64,000 nt of DNA from Takakia lepidozioides (Eukaryota > Plantae > Bryophyta), in NCBI GenBank assembly GCA_030704615.1, contig CM060731.1, forward strand, positions 36,022,001 through 36,086,000. Reading direction: 5' to 3'. Below are positions 1-13,247 of this stretch, in pieces. A program made the translations under genes and the position numbers. A model generated the notes under the pieces. That model was not told the DNA's origin. It did no database searches and worked only from the letters and a program-made list of their open reading frames with translations. Position 1 is the first letter of the stretch; the number at the start of each line of letters is the position of its first letter.

Positions 1-325
1 AAATGGATAGCGACATTTTTCGCGATGGCTGCCAACAACACACCGTCCCCGTCTCATTCTACATGCAATGCAATGATATGGATGCAATGGAAGCATGCAT
101 GTACCATGGGCAGGATGAAGGCATGCAGGGGGGATGGGGATGCGGGAGAGGGCATGGCCAGGGCATGCGTCATGTCCCTGCAGCGGGCACATGAGGCGCG
201 GGAGGGTGTGCCGCGCAACATCTTCCGCGTGGTGCGCGGGCGATGGAGGTGGGGGGAGGTGGTGGGGGGTCCACGCTGGCTGAACCGGCTCCCTCACATT
301 CAACTCCAGGCCCCATCTAATGCTT

Positions 326-328
<3 letters not shown>

Positions 329-366
<38 letters not shown>
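329..366. repeat. (AT)n microsatellite
   Basis: Uninterrupted AT dinucleotide run of about 38 bp. Confidence 0.95.
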
Positions 367-369
<3 letters not shown>

Positions 370-1008
370 GAGGAGGTGCAAAAATCAGAAAACCGGATAT
401 AAACAGATCCGGCGGAGGCAAGGAGTTGAGATAACCGGCAGGCTTCGATAACCGGCGAGCAAGTTTGGTTTTTTACTTATTGGTGTCCGGCCATGGCCTT
501 AAAAAAGGACCCGGTTATCAATAAATAGTGTCAGCATATACCCTTGCTAAGATTAATGTGACACCAATTTGGTAACTAAGATGTCCATTATTGATCATCT
601 GGATGATCCAGTTTCAAGGGCTAACCATCTTGCATGGCTGGTCAATCCCTTCTTGGCATTTATTTAAGTTTTTTAAAAATATTTTCATCATTTCAATATA
701 TGTAAATTTTTATTTTATAAATAGTTCATTTAAGTTACATGACCGCAATATAACTGTTTTAAGGACCGCCGGTTATGAAGTATATTGAACTTCCAGAATC
801 GGTTCAAAAAACCGCCTGTGCAAAGGTCTTTAATAACCGGAATTGAACTTAACCGGGTTTTTTGAAAACATCAAAGAACCGCCTCCTACAAGTTATTTAA
901 TTTTTTCTTTTGTCCATTTAACCGCCTCCGGAGGTTCTAAAGAAGGGGCAATTGGCAAAGAACATGCACCGGAGGAGCTCACGAAAACCTGACAACCGCC
1001 CAACACTG
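367..1008. mobile_element. Partial hAT-like MITE (one end only)
   Basis: Many AACCGG/AACCGC short repeats, ending in CCAACACTG (reverse complement of the CAGTGTTGG TIR seen in other MITEs here). No left TIR or TSD found. Confidence 0.4.
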
Positions 1009-1015
1009 GTTTTAA

Positions 1016-2235
1016 CCCTTAAGTGTCAAACCGACCCGTTTTGGGTTGGTTAGGTTTCTTTAACCAGCCATAACTTCCTGTGGTTAAGGCTGATTGGCCT
1101 TTTTTTTGGCTCAATCGACAGATAATCGGGTCCCCCTTCATGTGGCATTGGTCAATTGGTCAATGCCTGAAGGGGTATGGGTCTGGAACAATTGGAAGGG
1201 GGCACACTCAGCTTTTTGAGGCCAATTTGGCCCCCCTAACCTGCCCAAGTTGCTGACATGGCAACTGCGGTCAGGTTAGGGTGACTGAAAGATACCCCAT
1301 AAAGGTTAGGGTGGCGCGCTCCCCCAAGCCCCTTGATTGCCCGGCGGGGGCATGGCGCCCGGCGCAGGTCTGGGCATTCCCAGGCCTAGGCCCTAGCCTG
1401 AATCCAGGGCGATGGCAGCTCCGGCTAACGCCATGCGGGGCGGGCTGGAGGGAGTGCAGCGGCAGAGCTGGGGGCTCGAGAAAAATGCCATGAGGGGTGG
1501 GCCAAACCTAGGGCGGGGGTTTGAGAGGGTTGCGGGTGGAGTGGCCCCCCATGAAAGCAGGGCCGGGTAGCCAGAGGAGCTCCCAAACCCCGTGCCCTTC
1601 TGGGCTATGGCTCCAAATATCCTAGGCCTGCAGGCTATACCAAAGGTGTGTCATTTGAAGTCTTGGGCAGGGAACCTAAGGATGCGGTGCATTGGCTGAT
1701 TGGCCTCAAAGTTTTTCGGGGACTTCATATGGAAGCCCATGACATTTCAACCGGAGGGATTAGGGATTGACCGGCTGAATTTTTTTGCATAATTTTAGGA
1801 AAAGAGATTTTGGCCTGCCCAAAGAAAATGGCATATTTTGATCCCCCCAATTTGTCACTACAAAGGAGCCCGCTTGAGAACATTTCAGAAAAAACTGAAA
1901 AATTATGAGGATGTGTGTTATCAGGTATGGTACAACATTTTTGAGACTCTCAAACAGAAAAAATTAAAAATGCCCAAATACGAGCAAAAAACTGCTTTTT
2001 TTTGCACCTAGTTCTTAGTGGAGATTTGTTTTTGTCCCCACTCTACACTTCATAATCTTCAGACCTGGAAGTTGGATTTTGGTGAAACTTTTTGTGGTAG
2101 GAGGTGGGGTAGGTGGGAAGTAATTCCAACGGTCAGTTTTATAGTGACACAAATATTCTATAGATATATCTTTTTTTGTGGGCCAGGGTCATGTTTTTCC
2201 ACGGGAGGGTGAAAATGAGTTTTGACACTTAAGGG
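1016..2235. mobile_element. Non-autonomous piggyBac-like DNA transposon (1220 bp)
   Basis: Perfect 15-bp TIRs: CCCTTAAGTGTCAAA (1016-1030) and TTTGACACTTAAGGG (2221-2235). Flanked by TTAA on both sides (1012-1015, 2236-2239). No transposase ORF inside. Confidence 0.8.
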
Positions 2236-5200
2236 TTAAGCCTTAAAGGACGACTCGCTATGTTGTCAAAGTTGTGCCAAAATAGTTTAGGGTGCCTTAT
2301 TATTGCTATTCATCCACAGAGATGAATTGTAGAAACTCTTCTCTACCTAGTACATCCATCTACTTACAAAATGGCTCCCATTTTGCGTCATTATGTGATT
2401 GAATTTCAAAAGATTGTAGTAGAATATTATCGTAAAAAATAGCTATACCATGTCCGTCGTAACAAGATATGATTTTACAATAATTATTAGATATGTATAG
2501 CGACCAATTTTGATCATTTGGATTTGGATGCAAACAAATTTTATTTTCACATAATATTGTAGTCGTTCATACTGTCACAATAGTGGTTGTGCGTTGAACG
2601 AGTATTTAACCTCTAATTGACGAATCAGGTCGATTGAAAAATTTCAAATGGATGAAAACTATCGAGCTGAACTCGGTTGAAATCGAGCAATGAATGAAAA
2701 ATGTAGGAAATGTAATTCTGCCCTGTGTTGATGGCACCCTAAAAATCCTAAAGGACAGCTGTCATGAATTTCTGGAGTGCATGGGGGCACCCAAAATCAT
2801 GTGGTTTGGGGCCCTCCAGCAGGGTTGACTTTACCACGTGGCAGGCATATGGGACTGGGTCTTGGCGACAGGTATCAGCGGGGCCCACTAAAAACGAGCA
2901 GACACAAAACAGCCCCCATGACTTGATCAGTTTTGATGACGTGGCCCCTTTTCTTGCCGGAATTATCTACCGGCTCAGGCAATATTTGGCCTGAGCTGGG
3001 ATTCAAGTAGGAATTGACATCTCTGCCTGCATTTTGGTTAGAATTCAGAAATTCTTTTTGAAGGTAGTAGGAAATCAATCGAGGAACAATTCCACCGTTG
3101 CAATTGTGGTTACAATGCCCATATGGCTGAATTACAGGTCAGTTGAGCTAATTGGTATTTTTTGACCCCCCTATTTTCCCATACAAAACAACCCTATGCA
3201 GATTTAGGAATTCTGCTTTGCAAATTTGGGGCAACAAGCTTTAGGTGCCTCTGAATTGGAATGTGGTTGGGGTCTTGCAAGGAAAAAATATTTTTTCGGA
3301 AAAATTGCCTGGTCAAACCATTTTTTTCCTTCTAACATTGGAGTATACTACAAATTTAGGGCTTACCATTTTGTTACAATCTTCCTAATGACACGGTGAA
3401 ATGGGCATGAGGTAGGTAGCCTTCTTTTCATAAGGTTCATCGCTGTGGATGTTTGTTAGCCAGGAGATATACCCTCATCCGTGAGGGTATGTGCTGTTTT
3501 GGAGTGGGCCCACCAAAAACAGCCTCGTCCATTAGGGGTTAATGATGGAATGATTAGATATGTATGATATAGGAGCTCTTATAAGTCTAGTGTCGATAAT
3601 TCTCATTTGACAATTATTTGTAGTTGGTGCATTTTTTCGAGTTGGTTATCGTCTACATGGAAATTGTTGTCAACTAAGAGGTATAGGTTTGTCTTTCTTT
3701 TATGCGTGATAACTGTTATGTATGTTAGTTCGTGTCAGTTTACATTTGTCAGATCCAATGCGAGACAATTCATGGTTAATCCTTGTGCTTTATGTATAAT
3801 ACATGTTGCTGCAAGTTGAATTGGGAATTGAGGACAAGCTATTACACAGTCTAGATTATTCATAACTTGAGTTTCTTTGGTTTTGGAGTGCAATTGCAGC
3901 CGAAGATTTGCTTATGTCATTACATGTGCAAATAGGAGGCTTGTATTTCACATCGTATTCGTTCATTAGAGAAAAATATCCACATGAATGGATGGGGTGG
4001 CCGTAAACTTTAAAGTTGTGCCAAATTTGAAATTTCCTTCAGCTTCATTTGCTAAACCATCTTGGTTGATGTTTTAATTGCCTCTAGACATAAAGAGTGG
4101 TGGACGTCTATTGCTTTGAATGGAAAACGTGTCAATCTGTTTTATTGAAAATAATTTCATTACGTGCTTGAGTGTGTGCATTTGTGTAAAAATTGATTTA
4201 AAATTTCAATAAATATTTGATCAATTTGTCTCATGAGTTGCGTCAATGTGTAGCATTTTATTTTATCATGCCAAATATTAACCTCACATATTGCACTCAT
4301 GGGGTTTTATTTTATTTTGTATATCCGATTGTCTCTAATTGGGGAAACTTGATAAAAATCACTTCCAAATTTTCAAAACAGTTTGTTCGCTTAATAAAAC
4401 ACAACATTTTATATCTATAAACAAAAACATCATGCCGCTTACAAGAGATATTTAATCCATAACTATCAGTTATAATTGATCTTATTTGTTTTATTAATGT
4501 GTCACGCTTGTAATTTGTAAGTAACTTTAGAACTTTATAATTTACAGTTATACCTAAGGTTGAATGAATCGTATTTCCTTCATGTTAGTTGTTATTTTTT
4601 TCGTATGTAAGCCATTTTAAATTGTGAAAGTCTTATCTATTCCAATTTTACTAATCACTTGTTGTGAATAGATGCAACGGATCTTGAGGGTTTGTATGTA
4701 TTATATACATTCAGTCGGCAAAGATCATTCATTGTTTCAGGTTCAATTTTTGTATCTGACTACAATATGCATTAAAAGAAAAAGGTTGGCCTTTCATATT
4801 TGTTGGATTTATTTTCATTCTAGTCAAAGATAGTGATGCACACATTTATATTGAATTTTTCAATGTTTGTATAGTCAATTACTGGGTTTTCAATGTTGAT
4901 ACACATATGTGCATTTCGATTTCTGCAAATTCTTTGATTTTTTGTTCTAGTTCGTGCCATTGTAAATCAGTTGTAATTTGTACACAATTGTTTTGCATAC
5001 ATTCAACCTTGGATTTATTGCAAAAATATCATGTCATGTAGCATGATTGTCGATTAAATTAACTTCTGGTGGTCATAATAATTGTTGTTATTGATAATAG
5101 TTATATGAATCTCCGCGTAGCTCATAGCTACTGACTGTTGGTACATAATTCTTTTACCACATCTGGTACAGTAGATAGAGCAAGTTCATGCAGCGTGTCA

Positions 5201-6104
5201 CCCCGAATTACTGAAAATCTCCTCGTGGCATTGCCGTAAATCTAGAAATTTCCTTAAGTTGTGTCGGAGTGTTTTGTTGTAAAGAAAATAAATATTCGGC
5301 ACTTCACTGCCGGATCAGCCTGCGGAGTACGGTAACTACATAGAGCGTTTTCAAGAGGGCACTTCAATAAGGATGGAGGCAAGGGCCTTTAAAAAAAAAA
5401 AAAGTGAAAGGGGAGGACGCCCTTAAACAAAAATTCGAATTATTTAAAGAGGGTATGTAAAGGATAGGCCCCCCTCTTACTACTTACTCAGTTACTACTT
5501 ATTAAGTAGTGGGCCATTTGAATAGTTGGAATCTTAATATGATTTAAAGGGCCTCCGTCCCTTTTTTATTTTTATTTTTAAGAGTTAGAAAGAACTGCTT
5601 AGTGTAGCTGGTACCAGACCCTCACACATACCAGGCTGGTATGACTTTTAAAAATTTGCTTAATACCATACCAGTCAGATTTTCACTTTGATACCATACC
5701 ATATACCCTACCAGGCTAGCAAATTTACACATTCCAACACTGGTTATTTTCTCCTGTCACTATAATTAAGGCGCCTGATTTGTGAGCAGTCGCTCCCGCG
5801 TATTTCCCTTTATAAATGAAAAATATATAAATCAATTATTTTTATATTCAAAATGTAGTGGGTAACCTACCTGCATACCCAGATAGATATTGAGAAATAA
5901 CCAGAACTAATCATATCCGCCTCCATAGCTGTTTTTTCACATATGCATACATGACTGATCATATATTTTCTTATAGAATATGTTTAAATTTTTTTTTTGA
6001 TAAAAGGAACATTGTACCTTCATCCATCCTTTCCCTGTTCTGTATTTTTTTTTTTAAAGAAAAAAAAAAGGAACCAGCATGTGAAGATTAACCCTGTACC
6101 AGTG

Positions 6105-6435
6105 GCAAACACTATGAAATAATACCTTGGTGGGAGGGGTCAAAACAAGCAAGAACGATGGCGCGCCATGTTATGTGCATCATGCCTTTGAAGTGTAGGC
6201 ATGTAACTTGCCATGTCATAACATGGATCACATCCATTTGTTGGCATACATATGCCCACATGCCGGCAACGGCCATCGAGAAGAGCTTTATTACCGGCAA
6301 GGCAAAAATTTCGGCGAAGGGGTTGCCGGCAGAAATGCCGGCAACGGGTGGCCCGACGGGTGGAAAGAGAAATGAAGAACGTTCAACATTTTTACCTCCA
6401 CAACAATCCGATTTTCACTATTTCACTGTGTTCGC
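6105..6435. mobile_element. Putative MITE-like element upstream of carB
   Basis: Imperfect inverted termini GCAAACACTATGAAATA / TATTTCACTGTGTTCGC (14/17) and internal CCGGCA repeats. No clean TSD. Confidence 0.35.
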
Positions 6436-6660
6436 ACGTGAGAAGTGCAGAGTAGACCGCTTTGCACGAACATGTCGAAAAAAGGTGGCGAGAAGTGGCG
6501 AGCCGATAGCGCTTGTGACGTGGCGCCCTCCACTGTGCGGTTATCCGCGCACCGCACCGCGCGGTGCCATGCGCGGGCGGTCCTTCTTCCTGGCTGAGCG
6601 AGCAGGCAGGGAGGAGCAGTAGAGGATTTTAGACAGAGTGAGAGAGAGAGAGAGAGAGAT
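6430..6660 (+). promoter_or_regulatory. Proximal promoter/5' UTR of carB with G-box-like motifs and a (GA)n tract
   Basis: CACGTG at ~6435, TGACGTGGC at ~6516, a GC-rich segment, and a (GA)n run at ~6640-6659 about 55 bp before the ATG. Confidence 0.35.
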
Positions 6661-6714
6661 TTGAGTTGGCATTTTGACAGTGAGATTGTGTATAATCTGG
6701 AAGCTCGTGAGAGC

Positions 6715-9700
6715 ATGGCAAGTTTGCAATCTTCTTTCTTTCTGGGTTCCCGAACACACGTTCTTCATGGATCAGCAAAGGGATGTTCATGTACTTTCTC
6801 ATTGTCTGGCATCAAGCGCACGTCTTCATGCATATCTTCTTCTCCATTCAAAGGCGTTTCGACTGCAAGAAGTTGTGTTGGGAGCTCTTACAGGGGTTTG
6901 CATGGCTGGGCACAAAATGGTTTATCTGAAGCGAGGATTGTGGAGCAGATTGTGCCAGAGAAGGCGGCAGTGAAACATGGAAAATGGAAAATGGGAAGCG
7001 TTGTGGGCGCGGAGAAGGAGGTGGCGGAAGCAGCAGTGGAGGCATTGCCGTTGACAGCGGGGAGTCAGCTAGGGTTTAAGGCTGGCAGGCGGACCGATAT
7101 CAAGAAGATCCTCATTCTTGGAGCGGGTATGTTCATGCAGGCTCATTAGTCGGCCTCTTCTTTCATGGGTCCTTATCAGCCTCCCAAACCACCACTCCCA
7201 AGGGTTTTTCCTGGAAACCTGTCAATGGTTCCTCCGTGATTCAGAATTTTCAAAGTTGGAGTCAATTTCCTTAAGAAGCGAAATATTTTTGCACGAGCAT
7301 TTTAATGTCCAGGATGAATTGGCCAAGGAGTCTCTTTCTTTCCAGATTATATCCCTGCCACGAAGCATCTAAGAAAACAGCTGTATTTTGCAGCGGACGT
7401 CACATGTGACTGCAGGCAGGTGATGTTCTCATTAACAGGTCCGAGGGACTTTGGCTATGGCCTACCCTCGACGTTATAGTTCTTGCAGGATACTAACACT
7501 TCCGGAGGCATTCGTGGGGTTTAAGCTTACGAGGGAGTGAAATTCTGCCTGCACCAGAAATCATGAAATTAAATGCGGTATTGTTTCCTTCGTGAGTGTA
7601 TGAGAGACGGAAAGAGAGAGAAACATTTACTGCGTCCTTGGGAGACCCAGGCGGAATTTGGGACAGAGTGGGTCAGCAACAAGAGCGTATCAAACTCCAA
7701 ATGTTACAGAGAGACTGTGTGCCTGAAGCTGCTAAGCACTTAGGGTACCTGGCCCTGCTGCGCCCTGTATGCCACTGTATGTAGTGATGATTGGAAGAGA
7801 GAGAGATGATTGGAAGAGAGAGAGAGAGAGAGAGAGAGCTGTGTGGATTTGAGCCTTGGACATGGAATGGTGCCTCTGCATGCCAGAAAATTTACTTTCA
7901 CATGGACCTTGACAACCTAAAATATCCCCTGCAGTCCAATTGGAACGGTGTGACTGGTAAGTCGAAAAGTAACTAGCATTTCCTCATATTTTAAATTAAG
8001 GAAGTGGTGCTTTCACTCATGCACAATGTCCTGTGATCTTGCATTCAGTGCCATGGTGGATCTGTTGAAATATAATCTTGGTGGATATCTCCATACAATT
8101 TACAAGCTGAAGCAAAATTTCTCTGGATTTTTTCACGTGCAGGTCCTATTGTGATTGGGCAGGCCTGTGAGTTTGATTACTCAGGGACACAGGCATGCAA
8201 GGCTTTGAAGGAGGAGGGCTATGAAGTTGTTCTCATCAACTCCAATCCGGCTACCATTATGACGGATCCCGACTTGGCTGACCGTACCTACATAACCCCC
8301 ATGATCCCTGAATTGGTAGAAAAAGTCCTGGAGAAGGAGAGGCCTGACGCACTGCTACCAACTATGGGTGGGCAAACTGCACTAAATTTGGCAATCGCAT
8401 TGGCTGAAAGTGGGGCACTAGAGAAATACGGTGTTGAGTTGATAGGGGCTAAACTGGATGCAATTCAAAAGGCAGAAGACAGGGATTTGTTCAAACAATC
8501 GATGGCCAAAATTGGCGTGAATACACCACCGTCAGGCACTGCTAATACAATGGATCAGTGCTTCGCGATTGCCGAAAAGATCGGGGAGTATCCACTCATA
8601 ATCCGACCTGCCTTTACATTGGGAGGTACTGGGGGAGGCATAGCCTACAACAAAGAAGAGTTTGAGTCCATTTGTAAAGCTGGTTTGTCAGCCAGCATTT
8701 CCTCACAGGTGAGATTAATTTGATGTCACTTGATTAAACTTTAATGGATGTTCAGCATCCAAGTATGTACAGATTAAATCATGTCACATGTCAGTGGTGC
8801 AACAGCTGTTTGGGATCTGATTAATTCCATACCTGGGATGCCCTTATGTACTTTAGGGGTTTATTGTTTTTAAGGGGAAGGTGAAAAGAGGACCTCAAGG
8901 GGTATCGATGAAGGGTTCAAGGTGGTCGCCAGAATACTATGTCACATTTAAAGCCCTTTCTACTGTCTGTGCGTATTTGAGGGTGAAAATTGCCAGTCTG
9001 AGTTTCATGGTAGTGTATCACCGAGAACCTGGACATCCCTCTGCTCTAAAGATTGGATACTCTGCTGCAGGTATTAGTCGAAAAATCTCTGTTGGGATGG
9101 AAGGAGTACGAGCTTGAGGTGATGCGAGACCTCGCCGACAATGTGGTGATTGTATGTTCAATTGAGAATATTGATCCGATGGGAGTTCACACCGGAGACT
9201 CCATAACTGTTGCACCAGCGCAGACACTAACTGACAAAGAGTATCAGAGGCTGAGGGTAATACATTGGACAACCCTGGACCTTCACATATTTTTGTATAT
9301 GCACTGAGTCCACTGTGTCATACTTGCTTTTTGGAGGCAGAGTATAGGAAGGATCTTGCTGGTTGTGAAGTCTATCTGTTGGAAAGCCTACGGACCTTCC
9401 TTAAAAGATTTTACCACTAATTAGTGTAATTCTGACCCATTTTTGCACAGTAGAAAATCGAAGTACATGCCTACCAGTTAGCTTTGTATATTGAACTTAT
9501 CCCTCAGTCGATCTTGTACCTGGATTGTCATGGGCAGTGTGCGCAAACACACAATCGCAGTTTTTGGCTGTTTTCCATGCAATTGGTGGGTTAAACTCCT
9601 ACCGCACCTTCACACGGGTTCATATTTACGGGTATGCCACATTTTAGCCATTTCACAGGGAGGAATCAGTGATCAAGTTTGCTGTTCCTATAGAGATTGA

Positions 9701-12700
9701 TCACAGTGGTCCAAAAGGTTACCCTGATTGCCTTCTAATGCAGGATCAATCAATTGCTATTATACGAGAAATTGGAGTCGAGTGTGGAGGCTCCAATGTT
9801 CAGTTTGCTGTGAACCCAGTGGATGGAGAGGTGATGGTGATTGAGATGAACCCCCGAGTCTCTCGATCGTCAGCGCTTGCATCTAAGGCTACTGGATTTC
9901 CCATTGCAAAAATGGCTGCTAAATTGTCAGTGGGTTACACTCTTGACCAAATTCCCAATGATATCACCAAAAAGACACCTGCCAGTTTTGAGCCCTCTAT
10001 TGACTATGTTGTCACCAAGGTATAAAACTTAGCCCTGCTCTTTAATCTTGTAGCTGTGTGTGACATTTATCTAGTGATGGCATGTGGATTGCTTTCAATT
10101 GATCTGTATTTGTTAGTGTTGGTTTGCTAAGTTATATTCAGCAGTTAAGGTGTATAGCCACGATTAATAGCACAATTTGGAGGAAACATTGAGAGCTAAA
10201 GAAAAACAGCTTTTTTTACCATGGTGCCCCCGTTACTTATGTTGAAGTGATGGTGACTGTTGTTCTGGACATTGATAGTGATCACATATTGAGTTCTCAT
10301 GAGCTCAACATGGGCTTTGTGCACAAGTAAAAGTCTATGTGACGGGCATACCATGTTGATTGATGATGTAAAAAAAACTCTTGCCAAGTGAAGTGATTTT
10401 TAGGAGGTGGTCATTGGGGCATCTTCTCTTGAGTGGGGTTGCTATCTATTTCGCTGTGGTAATGAGATTTTGTCTTGTGAAGCACTTTGAGATATTGACT
10501 CTGGAAGGGGTCTTTCTTTCTTTGACAGACTACTTGAATACTAAAGCACCATTTCATTTCATTTCTTTGACAGACTACTTGAATACTAAAGCACCATTTC
10601 ATTTCATTTCTTTGACAGACTACTTGAATACTTTTAGCATCAAGAACTATTAAAATCTTATGGTGGGGTGGGGGCTCACAGATTCCACGCTTTGCATTTG
10701 AGAAGTTTCCGGGGTCACAGCCGATTCTTACTACCCAGATGAAGTCAGTAGGGGAGGCCATGGCCATGGGCCGGACGTTCCAAGAGTCATTTCAAAAGGC
10801 AATGAGGTCATTGGAGACAGGCCATAGTGGTTGGGGCTGTGAGAAAGTGAAAGAGCTTGACTGGGAGTGGGACAAACTCAAGTACAACTTGAGGGTACCA
10901 AACCCTGAACGGATGCACTCACTGTATGCAGCGATGAAGCGAGGAATGACACAGGCCGAGATCCATGATGTGAGTTTTATAGATCCATGGTTTCTCGGAC
11001 AGTTGGGCGAATTGGTGGAGACGGAAAACTACCTTGAGAGTGTGAAGCTCAATGAGCTGGGGAAGGAGGATTTGTACGAGGTCAAGAAGAGGGGTTACAG
11101 CGACAAGCAAATTGCATATGCAACGGGCTCATTAGAGAAGGAGGTTCGTGCTCATCGAAAGGCACTAGGGGTGGTGCCTGCATATAAGCGAGTAGATACA
11201 TGTGCGGCAGAATTTGAGGCGAACACACCATATCTGTATTCTTCATATGATGCTGAGTGTGAGGCAGCACCTAGTAAAAATAAGAAAGTCTTGATTCTGG
11301 GTGGAGGTCCCAATCGGATCGGACAAGGCATTGAGTTTGACTATTGTTGCTGCCATGCTGCATTTGCTCTTGAGGTAATTGCTATACTCTTTGTCTCCCA
11401 GTGAGGGTTGTTTTTTGGAATCGTATCATCTATGAGTTCATCTTAGTCTCACAGGAGACACTCTCTTTCTTCTGGATTGAATTGTCATCAACCTTGCCCA
11501 ATTTTAGGCCGAGTTTTATACTGTGAAACCTGTTATCTTTTTCGGGGGTTGGTAAGGGGTATTCTCTGCAGTGGCGTGCCCTCAACGGAGAGCCAAGGGT
11601 TGCAGGGAAGGTACAATAAGCTAGCTCTTTCTTATACCAAGACTTATGCTTTGATGGGTGTTTCCCTGATGGCACATACCCCTCATCATTCACTGGTTTA
11701 TTTTCCAGGCTGCTGGGTACGAGACAATTATGATGAACTCGAACCCTGAGACTGTCTCCACTGATTATGATACAAGTGACCGCCTTTACTTTGAGCCTCT
11801 CACAGCTGAAGACGTGTGCAATGTGATTGATGTGGAAAGACCCGATGGTATCATCGTCCAATTTGGGGGCCAGACACCACTGAAGATGGCGGTTCCAATT
11901 CAGAAGTACCTGGATGAATTCACGCCCACTGCCGCAAGTGGGGAGGGCCCAGTTAAGATCTGGGGCACTTCCACAGATTCTATTGACTCTGCAGAGGACA
12001 GAGAGAGATTTGATGCGATTCTTAATGAACTGGGGATTAAGCAGCCATCAGGGGGTATTGCTAAAAGTGAGGAGGATGCCTTAGCAATTGCAATGCGGGT
12101 GGGTTACCCTGTTGTGGTCCGACCTTCCTATGTACTGGGTGGACGAGGGATGGAGATTGTGTATACTGATGAAAAACTGAAGAGGTATCTGGAGACAGCA
12201 GTTGAGGTTGACCCTGAACGGCCAGTTCTGGTGGACAAGTACTTAACGGATGCCACAGAAATTGATGTAGATTCCTTGACAGATAAGGAAGGAAATGTTG
12301 TCATTGGAGGTATCATGGAGCATATAGAGCAAGCTGGTGTGCATTCGGGTGACTCTGCATGTTCTATCCCGACTCAAACCATTGGGGCTGAGGCTTTAAA
12401 AGAGATAAGGGAATCAACAGTGAAGCTAGCACGCAGACTGGGGGTTTGTGGCCTTATGAACTGCCAGTATGCAATCACACTAGCTGGGGAAGTCTACATT
12501 ATTGAGGCAAACCCACGGGCATCCCGCACAGTTCCATTTGTTTCAAAGGCAATTGGGCACCCACTTGCTAAATATGCAGCCCTTTTAATGTCAGGCAAAA
12601 CTGTCCATGATATTGACTTTCAACAAGAGATTATTCCTAGCCATGTCTCAGTAAAGGAGGTAGTTCTTCCATTTGATAAATTCCATGGATGTGATGTGCT

Positions 12701-13247
12701 ACTGGGGCCTGAAATGCGTAGTACTGGGGAAGTCATGGGCATTGATTACGGGTTTGCAAAGGCATTTGCTAAGGCAGAGTTTGCTGCAAACCAGAAGCTG
12801 CCACTCAGTGGCACTGTGTTCATTAGCATGAATGACCAGACAAAGGCAAAGGTGGCACCAATTGCTCAAGGATTTCATGATCTGGGCTTCAAGATTCTGG
12901 CAACAGAGGGAACCGCGTTGTACCTGGAAGATGCTGGAGTCCAAGTAGAGAAGGTGCTGAAACTTCATGAGGGACGCCCTCATGCTGGGGACTTGTTAGC
13001 AAATGGACATATTCAGCTGGTGATCATCACTAGCTCCGGGGATGCGCTGGACCAGATCGATGGGAGAGAACTTCGGCGAATGGCCTTGACATACAAGGTG
13101 CCAATTATTACTACTATTGCAGGAGGGCTTGCAAGCCTTGAGGCTGTGCGCGGCCTGATGGAGAGCCCTGTAGACATGATTGCGCTGCAGGACTTTTTTG
13201 TGCAAGAGAAGGCAGAACAGCCCACAATTGTAAATCAAACAAATTGA
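6715..13247 (+). CDS. carB: Carbamoyl-phosphate synthase large subunit, plastid-targeted (1223 aa, 6 exons)
   Basis: Exons 6715-7126, 8143-8708, 9071-9256, 9744-10019, 10682-11374, 11709-13247. All introns are GT-AG and the frame is consistent (3672 nt). Motifs: [71 protein letters not shown], and a C-terminal MGS-like domain. Ser-rich N-terminal extension resembles a transit peptide. Confidence 0.97.
10517..10632 (+). repeat. 45-bp-period tandem repeat in carB intron 4 containing LINE 3' tails
   Basis: TTTCTTTGACAGACTACTTGAATACT occurs 3 times (10517-10542, 10562-10587, 10607-10632), separated twice by AAAGCACCATTTCATTTCA, which matches the 3' terminus of the LINE at ~53947-53975 and ~44233-44254. 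Confidence 0.9.

Noticed and set aside
6158-6622. 154-aa ORF upstream of carB as a uORF or gene
   Set aside because: It overlaps a repeat-rich MITE-like element and GC-rich promoter sequence, and has no recognisable domain.
10517-10632. CRISPR-like repeat-spacer array
   Set aside because: The spacers are identical, the context is a eukaryotic intron, and there are no cas genes. LINE tails plus target duplications explain it.
10381-10767. ORFs with repeated peptides ([15 protein letters not shown] / [15 protein letters not shown])
   Set aside because: They are translations of the 45-bp intronic tandem repeat.
11430-13238. Several antisense ORFs over carB
   Set aside because: Shadow frames of a long coding exon.
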